This document shows, piece by piece, positions 57,901-64,000 of a DNA stretch of 64,000 nucleotides. Origin of the DNA: Desulfobacterales bacterium (GTDB lineage: Bacteria; Desulfobacterota; Desulfobacteria; Desulfobacterales; UBA5852); the NCBI GenBank assembly GCA_963674755.2, contig CAXXVS010000001.1, positions 480,001 to 544,000 on the forward strand, written 5' to 3'. The notes under the pieces are model-generated. The model made no database searches. It saw nothing but the letters and a program-made list of their open reading frames with translations, and was not told the DNA's origin. Numbering within the stretch: position 1 is the first letter of the stretch; every line of letters begins with the position of its first letter. Position numbers and translations under genes: made by a program.

Positions 57901-60300
57901 TTGCAGATAACCGGCGTCGGCCACGGCCCGGTAGGCCGCTTCCAGAACCATTTGCTGACTGCGGGAAAGGCGGGTTGCCTTGTCGGCGGTGTAGCCGTAG
58001 CGGTCGTGGTCGAAATGGAAATCCCGCACCACGCCGGCGATCTTAGTGTAGCTCTTGTCGGTGGCCTTGCGATTCTCGTCGAAATAGAGGGCCGGATCCA
58101 GACGGTCAGCCGGCATTTCACCGATGGCGTAGGCTTTGGCAATGACATTTTCCCAGAGTTGTTCCGGGCTGTCGGCCCCCGGGTAAATGCAGCCCATGCC
58201 GATTACGGCGACGTCGTCTTCAATGGCATGGCGTGGGCTGGTGAGAACTTCAAGCGCGTTGAGCTGCCGGAAGAGATCTTCCTTGCGGTGGAAGAAGGTC
58301 TTGTGGATATCTTCGATGGTGGTGCTGCAAGGGTTGAAGGCCAACCCATCCCCCACCATGAAGTTGCCCTTTTCGAATTGTTCCTTTTCATCGTAATGGA
58401 GAAAGCAGACGTCGCCGCTTGCTTTGTCAAACTTCGGGCAAAAGGCCTTGGCGCCGATCAGCAGGGATCCGATATTGTCTTTTTCAAAGGCTTTCTTGCG
58501 CTCCTCCAGGGAGAGCCCCTCCCGTATGCGCTGGTGCTCGTTTTCGATCATGCGCTGGGAGAAGGGGGTCGCCACCGTGCGGGAGGCCAACCCCACCGTG
58601 GTCCCCATGACGATGGTTTCATCCCGCTCGCAGACCACGTCCTGGTAGATTTTTTTGATGGCGCCGGTTTCGATGATTTCGCAGGAGAAAAGATAGGCCG
58701 TACCCACCTGAATGCCGATCTTGACGCCCCGGCCGGCCAAGCGGGCGGTCATGCCGGAAATGAAGTGGGGCGCCCGGTGGGTGCCGATCCCACCGGCGAA
58801 GATCATGGTTTTGTCCCCCAGCTGGCCGTCCGGCAGCGCGCTCATTTTCTCCATGGCGAGCTCCCACAGCACCAGGCTGCTCAAGGTGCCCACGTGGCCG
58901 CCGGCCTCGGCGCCTTCGAAGATAAACCGCCGGCAGCCTTTCTGCAGGGCGTTTTCGAGCATCATCAGGCTGGGGGTGTGGAGATAGGTCTTGGTTCCGG
59001 CCGCTTCCAGATCCTTCACCTGGGAGGGAATCCCCCCGGCGAAAAGGGCAAAGGGCGCGTTGTATTTCTTTACGGAATCCAGGTGGTGGCTGATGGTGGG
59101 GTTGAAGGCTTCGATGCCGATCATGCCGGCCCCGAAGCGCTCCACCTTGGCTTGGCCGGCGGCCAGCATGTCGTCGGCCAGATTGGCCGGCAGGTTGCCC
59201 AGGGCGAAAAAGGGCAGGCCGCCGGCGGCGAAGACCGCGGCGGCGAAATCGGCATTGTCGCTCACATTGGCCATGGGGCCCTGGATGATGGGGTAGCGCG
59301 TGCCGTGCTCCCGGGCCAGGGCGCTCTCCGCCCGCATGGGGTCATGGGCGTCGACGGCCTGCAGCTGTTCGCCGATATGGGTGAAGAGGCCCGTTATCAT
59401 GGCGGCCAGGGTGGCGCTGTGGCGGGCGAAGTGCCGTGCAAAGACCGCGTCCTGACCCAGGTAGAAGAGACTTTGCAGGGGCGTGTCGCTGGGCGTGCCC
59501 AGATCGGCCATGTTTGCTTCGATGTCGTGGTAGAGCAGGGCATCGGCATCTTCCCCGCCGGCCAGCTGGATTTCCCGATCCCGCAGGGTCTTGACGATGC
59601 GGGTGCCCAGCTTGGCGAAGAAATGGTAGCGGACCTGGAGGGATTGACCGATGATGGTGGCATCCTTTTCCTCCAACTGGCCGATGACATCCTTGTATAC
59701 CGGGGCCAGGGGGGCTTCTTGGGCCAGGAAGAGCTGGTTGTCCAGGACGATGCCTTCCGCGCCCATGGCGAACAGGCCGGCGGCCGTATGCCAGCCCACA
59801 CCGCCGTGGACGAATACGGGCCACTCGCCGTTGTTGAGGTACCACTGCAGCAGGACAAAGGACGAATAGCGGGAAACCTTGCCCGGTCCTTCATGGCCTT
59901 TGACGATCAGGCCGTGGGGGTCGATGCGCGTCAGCGAATCCTTCAGGTTGATGTCGGTGGTTTCGATGAAGAACCGATAATCGCGGTTGTCGAACCGGAA
60001 TCCATCCAGATCGGCGGGGGTGCGATAGGTGAAAACGATCAGGTCCAGGTTGGCGATGCTGTTGGTTTCCAGATAGTCACGCAGGGCCTGGTTATCGACG
60101 GCCAGACGCAGGCCGAAGATCAGCTCGTTTTGGGAGAGGGTTTCGACCATTTGGATGATATCGGTATTGGTGAAAAACTCCGTGTCCAGCATCGGCAGGG
60201 CGCCGGCCGTATGGAGGCTTCGGAAATAAGTGAGGTCGAATACCTTCGATGGATGATAAACCAACAGGGGCAAACGGGCACTGATACGTCTCGCGATCAT
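48985..60300 (-). CDS. Single-polypeptide PUFA-synthase-like iterative type I PKS/FAS (ER'-ER-KS-KS*-MAT-KS-ACPx3-KR-DH), 3771 aa
   Basis: IIQGPM..EG.EAGGH (FabK/PfaD-like ER); DAAC..HGT..GH (KS1); DASC without His (KS2); GQG, GHSVG, AFH (MAT); SGAC..HETFT..GH (KS3); LEADLGIDT x3; TGGARG..Y..AN (KR); LDH..D..FQ (DH). Confidence 0.93.
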   Translation of the reverse strand: MIARRISARLPLLVYHPSKVFDLTYFRSLHTAGALPMLDTEFFTNTDIIQMVETLSQNELIFGLRLAVDNQALRDYLETNSIANLDLIVFTYRTPADLDGFRFDNRDYRFFIETTDINLKDSLTRIDPHGLIVKGHEGPGKVSRYSSFVLLQWYLNNGEWPVFVHGGVGWHTAAGLFAMGAEGIVLDNQLFLAQEAPLAPVYKDVIGQLEEKDATIIGQSLQVRYHFFAKLGTRIVKTLRDREIQLAGGEDADALLYHDIEANMADLGTPSDTPLQSLFYLGQDAVFARHFARHSATLAAMITGLFTHIGEQLQAVDAHDPMRAESALAREHGTRYPIIQGPMANVSDNADFAAAVFAAGGLPFFALGNLPANLADDMLAAGQAKVERFGAGMIGIEAFNPTISHHLDSVKKYNAPFALFAGGIPSQVKDLEAAGTKTYLHTPSLMMLENALQKGCRRFIFEGAEAGGHVGTLSSLVLWELAMEKMSALPDGQLGDKTMIFAGGIGTHRAPHFISGMTARLAGRGVKIGIQVGTAYLFSCEIIETGAIKKIYQDVVCERDETIVMGTTVGLASRTVATPFSQRMIENEHQRIREGLSLEERKKAFEKDNIGSLLIGAKAFCPKFDKASGDVCFLHYDEKEQFEKGNFMVGDGLAFNPCSTTIEDIHKTFFHRKEDLFRQLNALEVLTSPRHAIEDDVAVIGMGCIYPGADSPEQLWENVIAKAYAIGEMPADRLDPALYFDENRKATDKSYTKIAGVVRDFHFDHDRYGYTADKATRLSRSQQMVLEAAYRAVADAGYLQEDLSLDAAYQASTAVIVATCLGNELGNDLHLKYWYPEVRHHLEQIEEFNTLAEDEREALLTTLREGMANGMDYEPVHGQLLNIEASRIAHHLGITGINYVVDAACATSFAALDCAVKELLSGEYDLVISGGVNTNLAPESFVGFSKMGALSAKGSYPFDTRADGFVLGEGAGVVVLKRLKDALRDGDKIYAVVKGIGSSSDGKGKAIAAPNPDGQALALERCFADMRDPVTVSDIGYIEAHGTSTIAGDQAEIETLKKIYRSEHPIGISSIKSQIGHLLGGAGYAGMIKAILAINHHTLPPNGRFETLAPAHSLRDTPLYIIEEAREWEADAGRPRMAAVSSYGFGGINYHCVVAEHTPEHTCRPRRIFADLDYDFNDDRIVFAGMGVVLPESPDVDTFWHNLTEGRSVLSTIPEERFHNSAYAAEPADASYHIPLVKAGVVKDYRFNNVQFRIPPATARSLDRAQLFALDAARQAIDAATLESQLAHGNRVGVVLGTLPGERQVQNILRVRLGMIEGIINRLAGTAEKTKKAIAARLGEQIRDRIPENNEDTIPGLLSNIVSGRIANTFGCNGANFVVDASCASATVATRLAAMGLRSGEFDSVLTGGVDANFYPTVMLAFKRLSLLSDGDCRFFDKQAKGYVMSEGAALLVMTTYGHAKKHRMPVIGEFLHSAFRSSVPDHLLAPSEKVYRDTIRDSYRRLPVNTRQIDHLDVFGVANSLLDQMEKQAIERTFDRPVYFGNIKPEFGYFKSANPAVALAKLLLMNRAQTLLPNFSYAPDTAIVGSDSCLAPNARLRQPENRQTLYFAANVNGVGGNHGHTVVGTLPPWLQTDVQPAVTATAAVTRRPAAAIPTKPNGVVALVSGQGAQYGGMLQDLYHENRSIRATLDQGNRIFQEMRGYSLLDIMFGKDARLNLTENTQPAVFLSSAAIYTDLAARGFAPDRFIGHSVGEYTALYCAGLLNFEAAMQLIVKRADFMKAATEVQPGRIMVVFKNADRVHQLIRASRIRNIYVANKNSDNQTAVSGAQEAIEAFGGYLKEVKVMFKALALSGAFHTPLFQSAADSMAAYLRDVTFRPVDTSRIISNVTAAPYPEETEEIKALLVRQIVSPVEFIRSVERVRQSGHARFYEIGAGRILVNLLKNIRIEDYHARPSVDAKAGETKSFAEFKAHLAAEGLIARTDAAEAASQASPDHLPEEVVSPPALAEAPDFEAFLQKNEEALRGVLYQEFLKQKREQALKEVERFNFYTGKTVVAGTAIGLPGTGNKVFNSNNFDKLLSGNNFIEPLSAQEKEKIVDMNITRVFKQPDGNARFLKITDTQDVIQLAGKLGYFNLKNEYGVDYDYDITISLAIAAGIEALKDAHIPLVLQHKQTSTGQQIPAGYALPRELQGRTGVIMTSLFPGFETLIEQLNKYYYNKFYVRPYKELENIYYHLMESVRDADIKEQITDWFFKIKERRKKYGTYQFERNLLFDVVPLGSAHFAQLIKAKGPNMLMSGACASTTQAVGVAEDWIRTGRCDRVVVIGGEASTSETQSPWIASGFLALGAASIKNVVAEAAKPFDADRNGTILGAGAVSLIVEREDQVRERGLNGQAEILGTYIGNSAYHATQIDLGHLTEEMEGFVRRVEHRHDLDRRDYTRKMVFMSHETFTPARGGSASAEVASLKKTFPEHYRDITITNTKGYTGHTLGAAIEDAVMVKALQHNQVPPIANLSNIPEEFRDLRFSRDASKGPFEFGLHYAAGFGSHFAFLMIRRIEENRAADNPRYQAWLQKISGLKRPRLTTINNTLCIDPTVISPVTDTPPKSQPVAAAEAKPLSENQLPAAAPAPVAADGNMLDAVKAIIAEQTGYTTDMLEDGLDLEADLGIDTVKQVEIFGKLSERFGLDVPEDLKLRDLNTIAKLGDYLTPKMPGQSTAATQQQAPATETPAVTDVQATVKTIVAEQTGYTTDMLEDALDLEADLGIDTVKQVEIFGKLSERFGLEVPEDLKLRDLNTIAKLGDYLAQKVPVGNAATAPQTPAVEMQSADGDVQATVKAIVAEQTGYTTDMLEDGLDLEADLGIDTVKQVEIFGKVSERFGIEVPEDLKLRDLNTIAKLSDYLAKQLPGSPEAQATTETPAAAEPAARGPVAAVPLDSAVKRLVIEAVPAANESSRPADKMTGQRVLITTGGSQLAAVMAEHITARGGHAVLVGSGDSVEFPCDWQDRQKVSALPGHLLDSGQRIDGVIHLLPLETYGTADRLAPQRIAGSLKAFFVLIRGLYDQLDRPGTFIAVPTVHSTVFPYRKTSAAIDPLMAGLAGMLKTVNKELKDTRVKVVDLAESEFRQAPETIVTTLLDELLSGDPRVECGYANGNKWVLQLTPQAPHTGKRFVREGDTFLVTGGARGITFEILKALTAAVKVKLVILGRSNLDDLDADLADPALDLPALMARLKTRMPEAKPLAVKQALNRTLNLRASLRNLETLRASGAGVTYHAVDVTDAASVHAVLARTGKMDGVLHAAGIEESQFITKKTMASFDRVFDTKVRGLHNLLKALEGNPLRYLMAFSSVTARLGNEGQVDYTAANDTIGKMLQHYQALHPDTMVKIFDWTAWEGAGMATNETVNKVLKQRGLTFLPLEDGVAHFMQELGDTNTSEVVFSGIDRAFDTDGLLAPEDAAPAGPQAPFLDRLVEQTADSRIYRRILDLQRDLFLLDHSREDIPIFLGATGIEAMAEAAATLVPPQAALQEVRDFKIPYGIKILKGRPKEILVEAVRSEKDDEVFDCRIRSQFRNPKGIAMGEPTLHYQGAYRFGPTPLPSEQVTLPPFRPVDYAGDIQELLYHPSRLFMDGLFRTVEDIVSFEPQRLISRIVNRSTKPFFADCPQPDFLTDVAVVDAMFQTGGMLEVMTTNIIVLPYAIGRMRFYRPLAKGRPYLCITEKTDQGEETNTYQLRLVDEAGRLHMAIDDFQMVQVDRLAGEDQILHALQTGSARRAS
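51600..52385 (-). repeat. Three near-identical tandem ACP-coding repeats (291-bp period)
   Basis: GATCTGGGCATCGACACCGTCAA repeated, with Thr codons at 52291-52293, 52000-52002 and 51709-51711. Confidence 0.92.
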
Positions 60301-60472
60301 GCGGTCTCTCCTGAATAGAGCTGTTTAGCGATGAAAACCTCCGGCGGATCACGGCATCGCCGGAAAAGGGCCTTGGTTGTTGCGGGTCCTGACCACATCG
60401 GGTAAAGCCTGCGCCAGCCGCCGGACGGCTTAAGTGACGATCGTGTGTGGTCCCGCAAAACCCATCGACACA

Positions 60473-60590
60473 AGCAATTCCGATGCCATGCCGAATAATG
60501 GCCTTAACACATTGATAAAATACAACTAAATTTTAAAATGGGAATGATGGGGAGGATGCAGTTGGATTTCAGGTGTGCATGGCGTGCACA
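60473..60590 (-). promoter_or_regulatory. sigma-54 promoter of the PKS operon with IHF site and candidate activator site
   Basis: TGGCATCGGAATTGCT (60488-60473); TATCAATGTGTTA matches IHF WATCAANNNNTTR (60517-60505); palindrome TGTGCA-N5-TGCACA (60574-60590). Confidence 0.75.
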
Positions 60591-60631
60591 GGCTGTCGAC
60601 ATGCGGTGTGCGGAAGGTGCTGATTTAAGCG

Positions 60632-61597
60632 CTATTTCAGAGGCATGTCGAATTTCAGATGGATTGCGAAATCGCCAAAATAAAGAGGGGTTACGGCCAC
60701 CGTCGCCCCGGTGCGTTCCAGGGTTTGCCGTTTGCCGCCCACCTCCAGGGTGGCCCTGATTTTCAGGTGGCGTCCCAGAAGCATGCGGGCGGCCTTGTCG
60801 GTGGCTTTGATGTAGAACGACAGTCCTGTATTGGATAGGTCGGCCATGTCGCCGCGGAAGGGTTTGCCCAGCAACGCCTTAGCCGTGTCCATCATCTGGG
60901 CCACGATGAGACCCTCGACTTTGATACGGCGGCTCTGGCGTCGCTCGAGTCCTTTGGCGGTGACGAGTTTGCCCACATCCTTCGCCTGGCAGAATTCTCG
61001 TAGTTTGGTTTCCAGGGCGGGCAGGGATTCTTTCCATTCGCCCAAATGCGTATTGTCGATCACCTGAAGCTCCGCATGAGACTGAACCGCCAGGGATGTG
61101 GTGCAGGTGGTGGTGGCGAAAAAAGTGTCCTGGCCGGCGACATCACCCGGTTCCAGGGTGGTGATGAGGCTGTCTTGGCCTTCGCGGGAAAAGTAGAGTT
61201 TCAGTTGGCCCTGCTGAATGAAAAAAAGGCGGGTATTGATATCGCCCTGCCGGTAGAGCACTTCCCCGGCATCCAGCGCCAGCGGCTGTTGGGCGAAATA
61301 GAGGGCGTTGGTCTCCTCTTCGGAGAGCCGGTCGTAAAGCGCCCTGAACCGCTCAATGTGATTCGGGTCGATGGCCCCGCTTTTCTCCGCTTCGATGATT
61401 TCGGCCGCTTTGATGATTTCGGTAAGGGCCATCTCGTCCACGGCCATCAGGCGTTCGCGCATGGCTTCGGCTTTGGGGAAATTCTTGGCCCGGGCATGCT
61501 GTGCGACCAGGTCATAGAAGCATTTGACGGCGGCCTGGGTGTCGCCGTCGCGGGCATATTGCTCGGCCTGTTCTTCCAGTCGGGCGATATCGTCCAT
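60632..61597 (-). CDS. Cyclic-nucleotide-binding + PilZ domain protein
   Basis: GEVLYRQGD...LFFI..G.L (cNMP); ERRQSRR and DLSNTG (PilZ RxxxR, DxSxxG); helical N-terminus. Confidence 0.85.
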   Translation of the reverse strand: MDDIARLEEQAEQYARDGDTQAAVKCFYDLVAQHARAKNFPKAEAMRERLMAVDEMALTEIIKAAEIIEAEKSGAIDPNHIERFRALYDRLSEEETNALYFAQQPLALDAGEVLYRQGDINTRLFFIQQGQLKLYFSREGQDSLITTLEPGDVAGQDTFFATTTCTTSLAVQSHAELQVIDNTHLGEWKESLPALETKLREFCQAKDVGKLVTAKGLERRQSRRIKVEGLIVAQMMDTAKALLGKPFRGDMADLSNTGLSFYIKATDKAARMLLGRHLKIRATLEVGGKRQTLERTGATVAVTPLYFGDFAIHLKFDMPLK

Positions 61598-61895
61598 GCT
61601 ACGCGTCTCCAACGCCGGAGCGGTTGGGAAGCCGAGCGGTGCGCCGGGGTAGAGCTAGTCTAGGTCGCATTGGATTCCGGCGTTGATTCCGATGGACCGG
61701 ACCACCGGCCGCCCGCTCTGCCAGCCTGTTTTGTCGCTGATCTTACAACAAATTCACTATAGACGATAAAATCCGGTTGATCAACCGGCTGTGCCGCAGG
61801 AGGCGTTGTCCGCCCAACTTTGCCCTTGCAAAAACCAGGCATTGCCACTATGAAACAGACTTTTAAGAATTACTCAAAACTAAAGTGGACAAGCC

Positions 61896-62933
61896 ATGAA
61901 CTCATCGGTCATTCGTGCTCGGCAAAATCTTTCCGTCGATATCGAGGCCTTGACCCGCCTGATTCTCGACCAGCAGCGTGCGAGCGGTGAAATTCCCTGG
62001 TGCGACGGGCAGAAAACCGATCCCTGGGATCATGTGGAATCCGCGATCGGATTGACCATCGGCGGCCATTACGAAGCCGCCCGGCGGGCCTACGAGTGGA
62101 TGCGCCGGACCCAGCTGGATGACGGCAGCTGGTATGCCGCCTATCGTGACGGCCGGCCGGAGGACCGCACCCGGGACGCCAATCTTTCCACCTATATCGC
62201 GGTGGGGATCTATCATTATCTTCTCGTCACCGGTGACCGGGCGTTTGCGGAAGCCCTCTGGCCGACGGTGCGTGACGCCATTGAATTCGCCCTGAAGCTG
62301 CAAACCCCGGAAGGCCCGATCCACTGGGCCATCAGCCCCGAGGGCCGGGTGGACGCCATGGCCTTGCGGACCGGGTCGAGTTCGGTGTTCATGAGCCTCA
62401 AATGCGCGCTCAAACTGGCCGAGCTCCTGGGCCGCCCACGGCCCCGCTGGGTTGACGCCCTCGGTCGCCTCCAGGACGCGTTGTGCCGCAAGCCCCATCT
62501 TTTCAACATGACCAAATCGCGTTTTTCCATGGACTGGTTCTACCCGGTTCTCTGCGGTGCCCTGCAGGGTGACGATGCCCGCCGGCGCATCGACAAATAC
62601 TGGAAGAAGTTCGTCGTGGAAGGCCAGGGGGTGCGCTGTGTCTACGATGAGCCCTGGATTACCGTCGCCGAAACCTGCGAACTCGTCCTGTCTTTGGCGG
62701 CCATGGGCAACGAGGCGCTGGCCCGGATCGTCTTCGGCTGGATCAGCACCAAGCGCTTCGAAGACGATACCTACTGGTGCGGCTTTACCTTTCCGGATAT
62801 GGTGATCTGGCCGGAAGACAAGATTAGCTGGACCAATGCCGTCGTCCTCATGGCGCTGGATGCCCTCTATCACCTGACCCCCGCCAGCCAGTTGTTCCAT
62901 CACGCCAGCTGGGATGACCGCGCTCCGGTCTGA
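61896..62933 (+). CDS. alpha/alpha-barrel 'prenyltransferase-like' / GH15-like protein
   Basis: G.IPW..G...DPWDHVE, Q..DGSW, RFSMDWFYPVL, PWITVAETCEL motifs. Confidence 0.75.
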   Translation: MNSSVIRARQNLSVDIEALTRLILDQQRASGEIPWCDGQKTDPWDHVESAIGLTIGGHYEAARRAYEWMRRTQLDDGSWYAAYRDGRPEDRTRDANLSTYIAVGIYHYLLVTGDRAFAEALWPTVRDAIEFALKLQTPEGPIHWAISPEGRVDAMALRTGSSSVFMSLKCALKLAELLGRPRPRWVDALGRLQDALCRKPHLFNMTKSRFSMDWFYPVLCGALQGDDARRRIDKYWKKFVVEGQGVRCVYDEPWITVAETCELVLSLAAMGNEALARIVFGWISTKRFEDDTYWCGFTFPDMVIWPEDKISWTNAVVLMALDALYHLTPASQLFHHASWDDRAPV

Positions 62934-63012
62934 CCGGAGCGCAGCATCCCGGGGCCATTCCCAGACGCTCAAGGGGCGATGTGCGGCGGTCCCTTGCGCG
63001 GGAGGATCCGGA

Positions 63013-63732
63013 TTGCGACGCGACCACCGTCCCTATAGCGTCAAGAAATTATTCCTGAACTGGCAGCGCTTTTATGTACGGCGTTTCCTGCGGCCCCAAT
63101 TCGATGCCCTGGGCCGCGGCCACCATTTCATGCGCCCCTGGTATGTGGAGCTGTTCGGGGCGCCCATCGCGTTGGGGCGCTATGCCACCGTGATTGCCTG
63201 CGCGGATGCCCGGGTGCGCCTCTGTGTCTGGCCCCGGCAGGACGGCGAAGGCCTGATCCGGATCGGAGATTACAGCCTGATCTGCCCGGGCGTGCGCATC
63301 AGTTCCGCCTGTCGCATCACGGTGGGGCACAGCGTCATGCTGGCCAACCGGGTCTACCTGACCGATTCGGACTGGCATGATGTCTATGACCGTACGGCCG
63401 CCGGGCAGGGCGCGCCCATCGCGATCGGCGACAACGTCTGGATCGGGGACAGCGCCATCGTCTGCAAGGGGGTTGCCATCGGTGACAACAGTATTGTCGG
63501 GGCCGGAGCGGTGGTGGTGGATGACGTGCCGCCCAATGTGGTCGCGGCCGGCAATCCAGCCCGGGTGGTCAAGATGCTCGATCCGCAGCGTCCGCTCAAG
63601 GCCCGCCGCGATTGGTTTGCCGATCCGGCCCGTTTGTCACGGGATTTCCGGATCTGGGACCGCGCCCTGCTGGAAGGCAATACCCTGGCCCACTGGCTGC
63701 GCTATCTGGTGCGGCCCAGCCAGCAGGATTAG
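63013..63732 (+). CDS. Hexapeptide-repeat (LbH) acyltransferase
   Basis: IGDNVWIG....V.KGV.IGDNSIVGAGAVV..DVP.N.VAAGNPA; TTG start after GGAGG. Confidence 0.88.
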   Translation: MRRDHRPYSVKKLFLNWQRFYVRRFLRPQFDALGRGHHFMRPWYVELFGAPIALGRYATVIACADARVRLCVWPRQDGEGLIRIGDYSLICPGVRISSACRITVGHSVMLANRVYLTDSDWHDVYDRTAAGQGAPIAIGDNVWIGDSAIVCKGVAIGDNSIVGAGAVVVDDVPPNVVAAGNPARVVKMLDPQRPLKARRDWFADPARLSRDFRIWDRALLEGNTLAHWLRYLVRPSQQD

Positions 63733-64000
63733 ATCGTTTCCATCCAGAGATGGGCAGATAGCATCGGTCTGCAGCACTTCGTCCTTTTCCCCCCATCAGA
63801 CCATCCGCTATTCGATCCATCTCAGGCGCGCTAAAGTGCGCTGCGGGCAACACGCTGCCGCCGCCGATGCCACCCGAACAATGCCCCGCCCCCCAACGCC
63901 AGCAGGCTGCTGGCCAGAAACAGGTTGCGGGCGCCCCAGGCATCGAACAGGACCCCATTGACCATGAAACCCACCATCAACCCCAGTCCATAGGTAACGG

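Noticed and set aside
56278..60318. 1346-aa plus-strand ORF
   Set aside because: Antisense shadow of the PKS caused by GC-rich codon bias; no recognisable motifs. The same applies to the long antisense ORFs over hrpA, htpG, mscS and cdr.

Overview
GC-rich chromosomal window. The gene content (sigma-54 systems, TAXI/TRAP, CoA-disulfide reductase, Pfa-like PKS) is consistent with an anaerobic Desulfobacterales-type deltaproteobacterium; this taxonomy is inference. Main elements: (1) An AT-rich integrase-less integron array (~1620-6780) with a candidate attI/Pc and five cassettes. Each cassette's entry GTT core matches its own attC inverse core. One cassette encodes a DUF262 (GmrS-like) + AlbA_2/Schlafen-like fusion interrupted by an intact IS630 with a TA duplication. 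The array is bracketed by GGG(G)AC/GGGTC...CCCC palindromes. (2) A Cache histidine kinase, a stand-alone receiver, and a receiver domain fused to a formate/nitrite (FNT) channel. (3) A sigma-54 activator with a pseudo-receiver next to three -24/-12 promoters, one driving YitT-DksA-HU paralogues. (4) An MscS-CCC-MscS-CorA ion/osmotic cluster and housekeeping genes (hrpA, TAXI-TRAP, htpG, dodecin, ECF sigma). (5) A sigma-54/IHF-driven 3771-aa single-polypeptide PUFA-synthase-like megasynthase (ER'-ER-KS-KS*-MAT-KS-ACPx3-KR-DH), followed by a PPTase and an acyl-CoA ligase. All three carrier domains have Thr instead of the canonical phosphopantetheine Ser, which is the most striking signal in the window. 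No rRNA, tRNA or CRISPR was seen. All calls come from reading motifs by eye; no searches were run.
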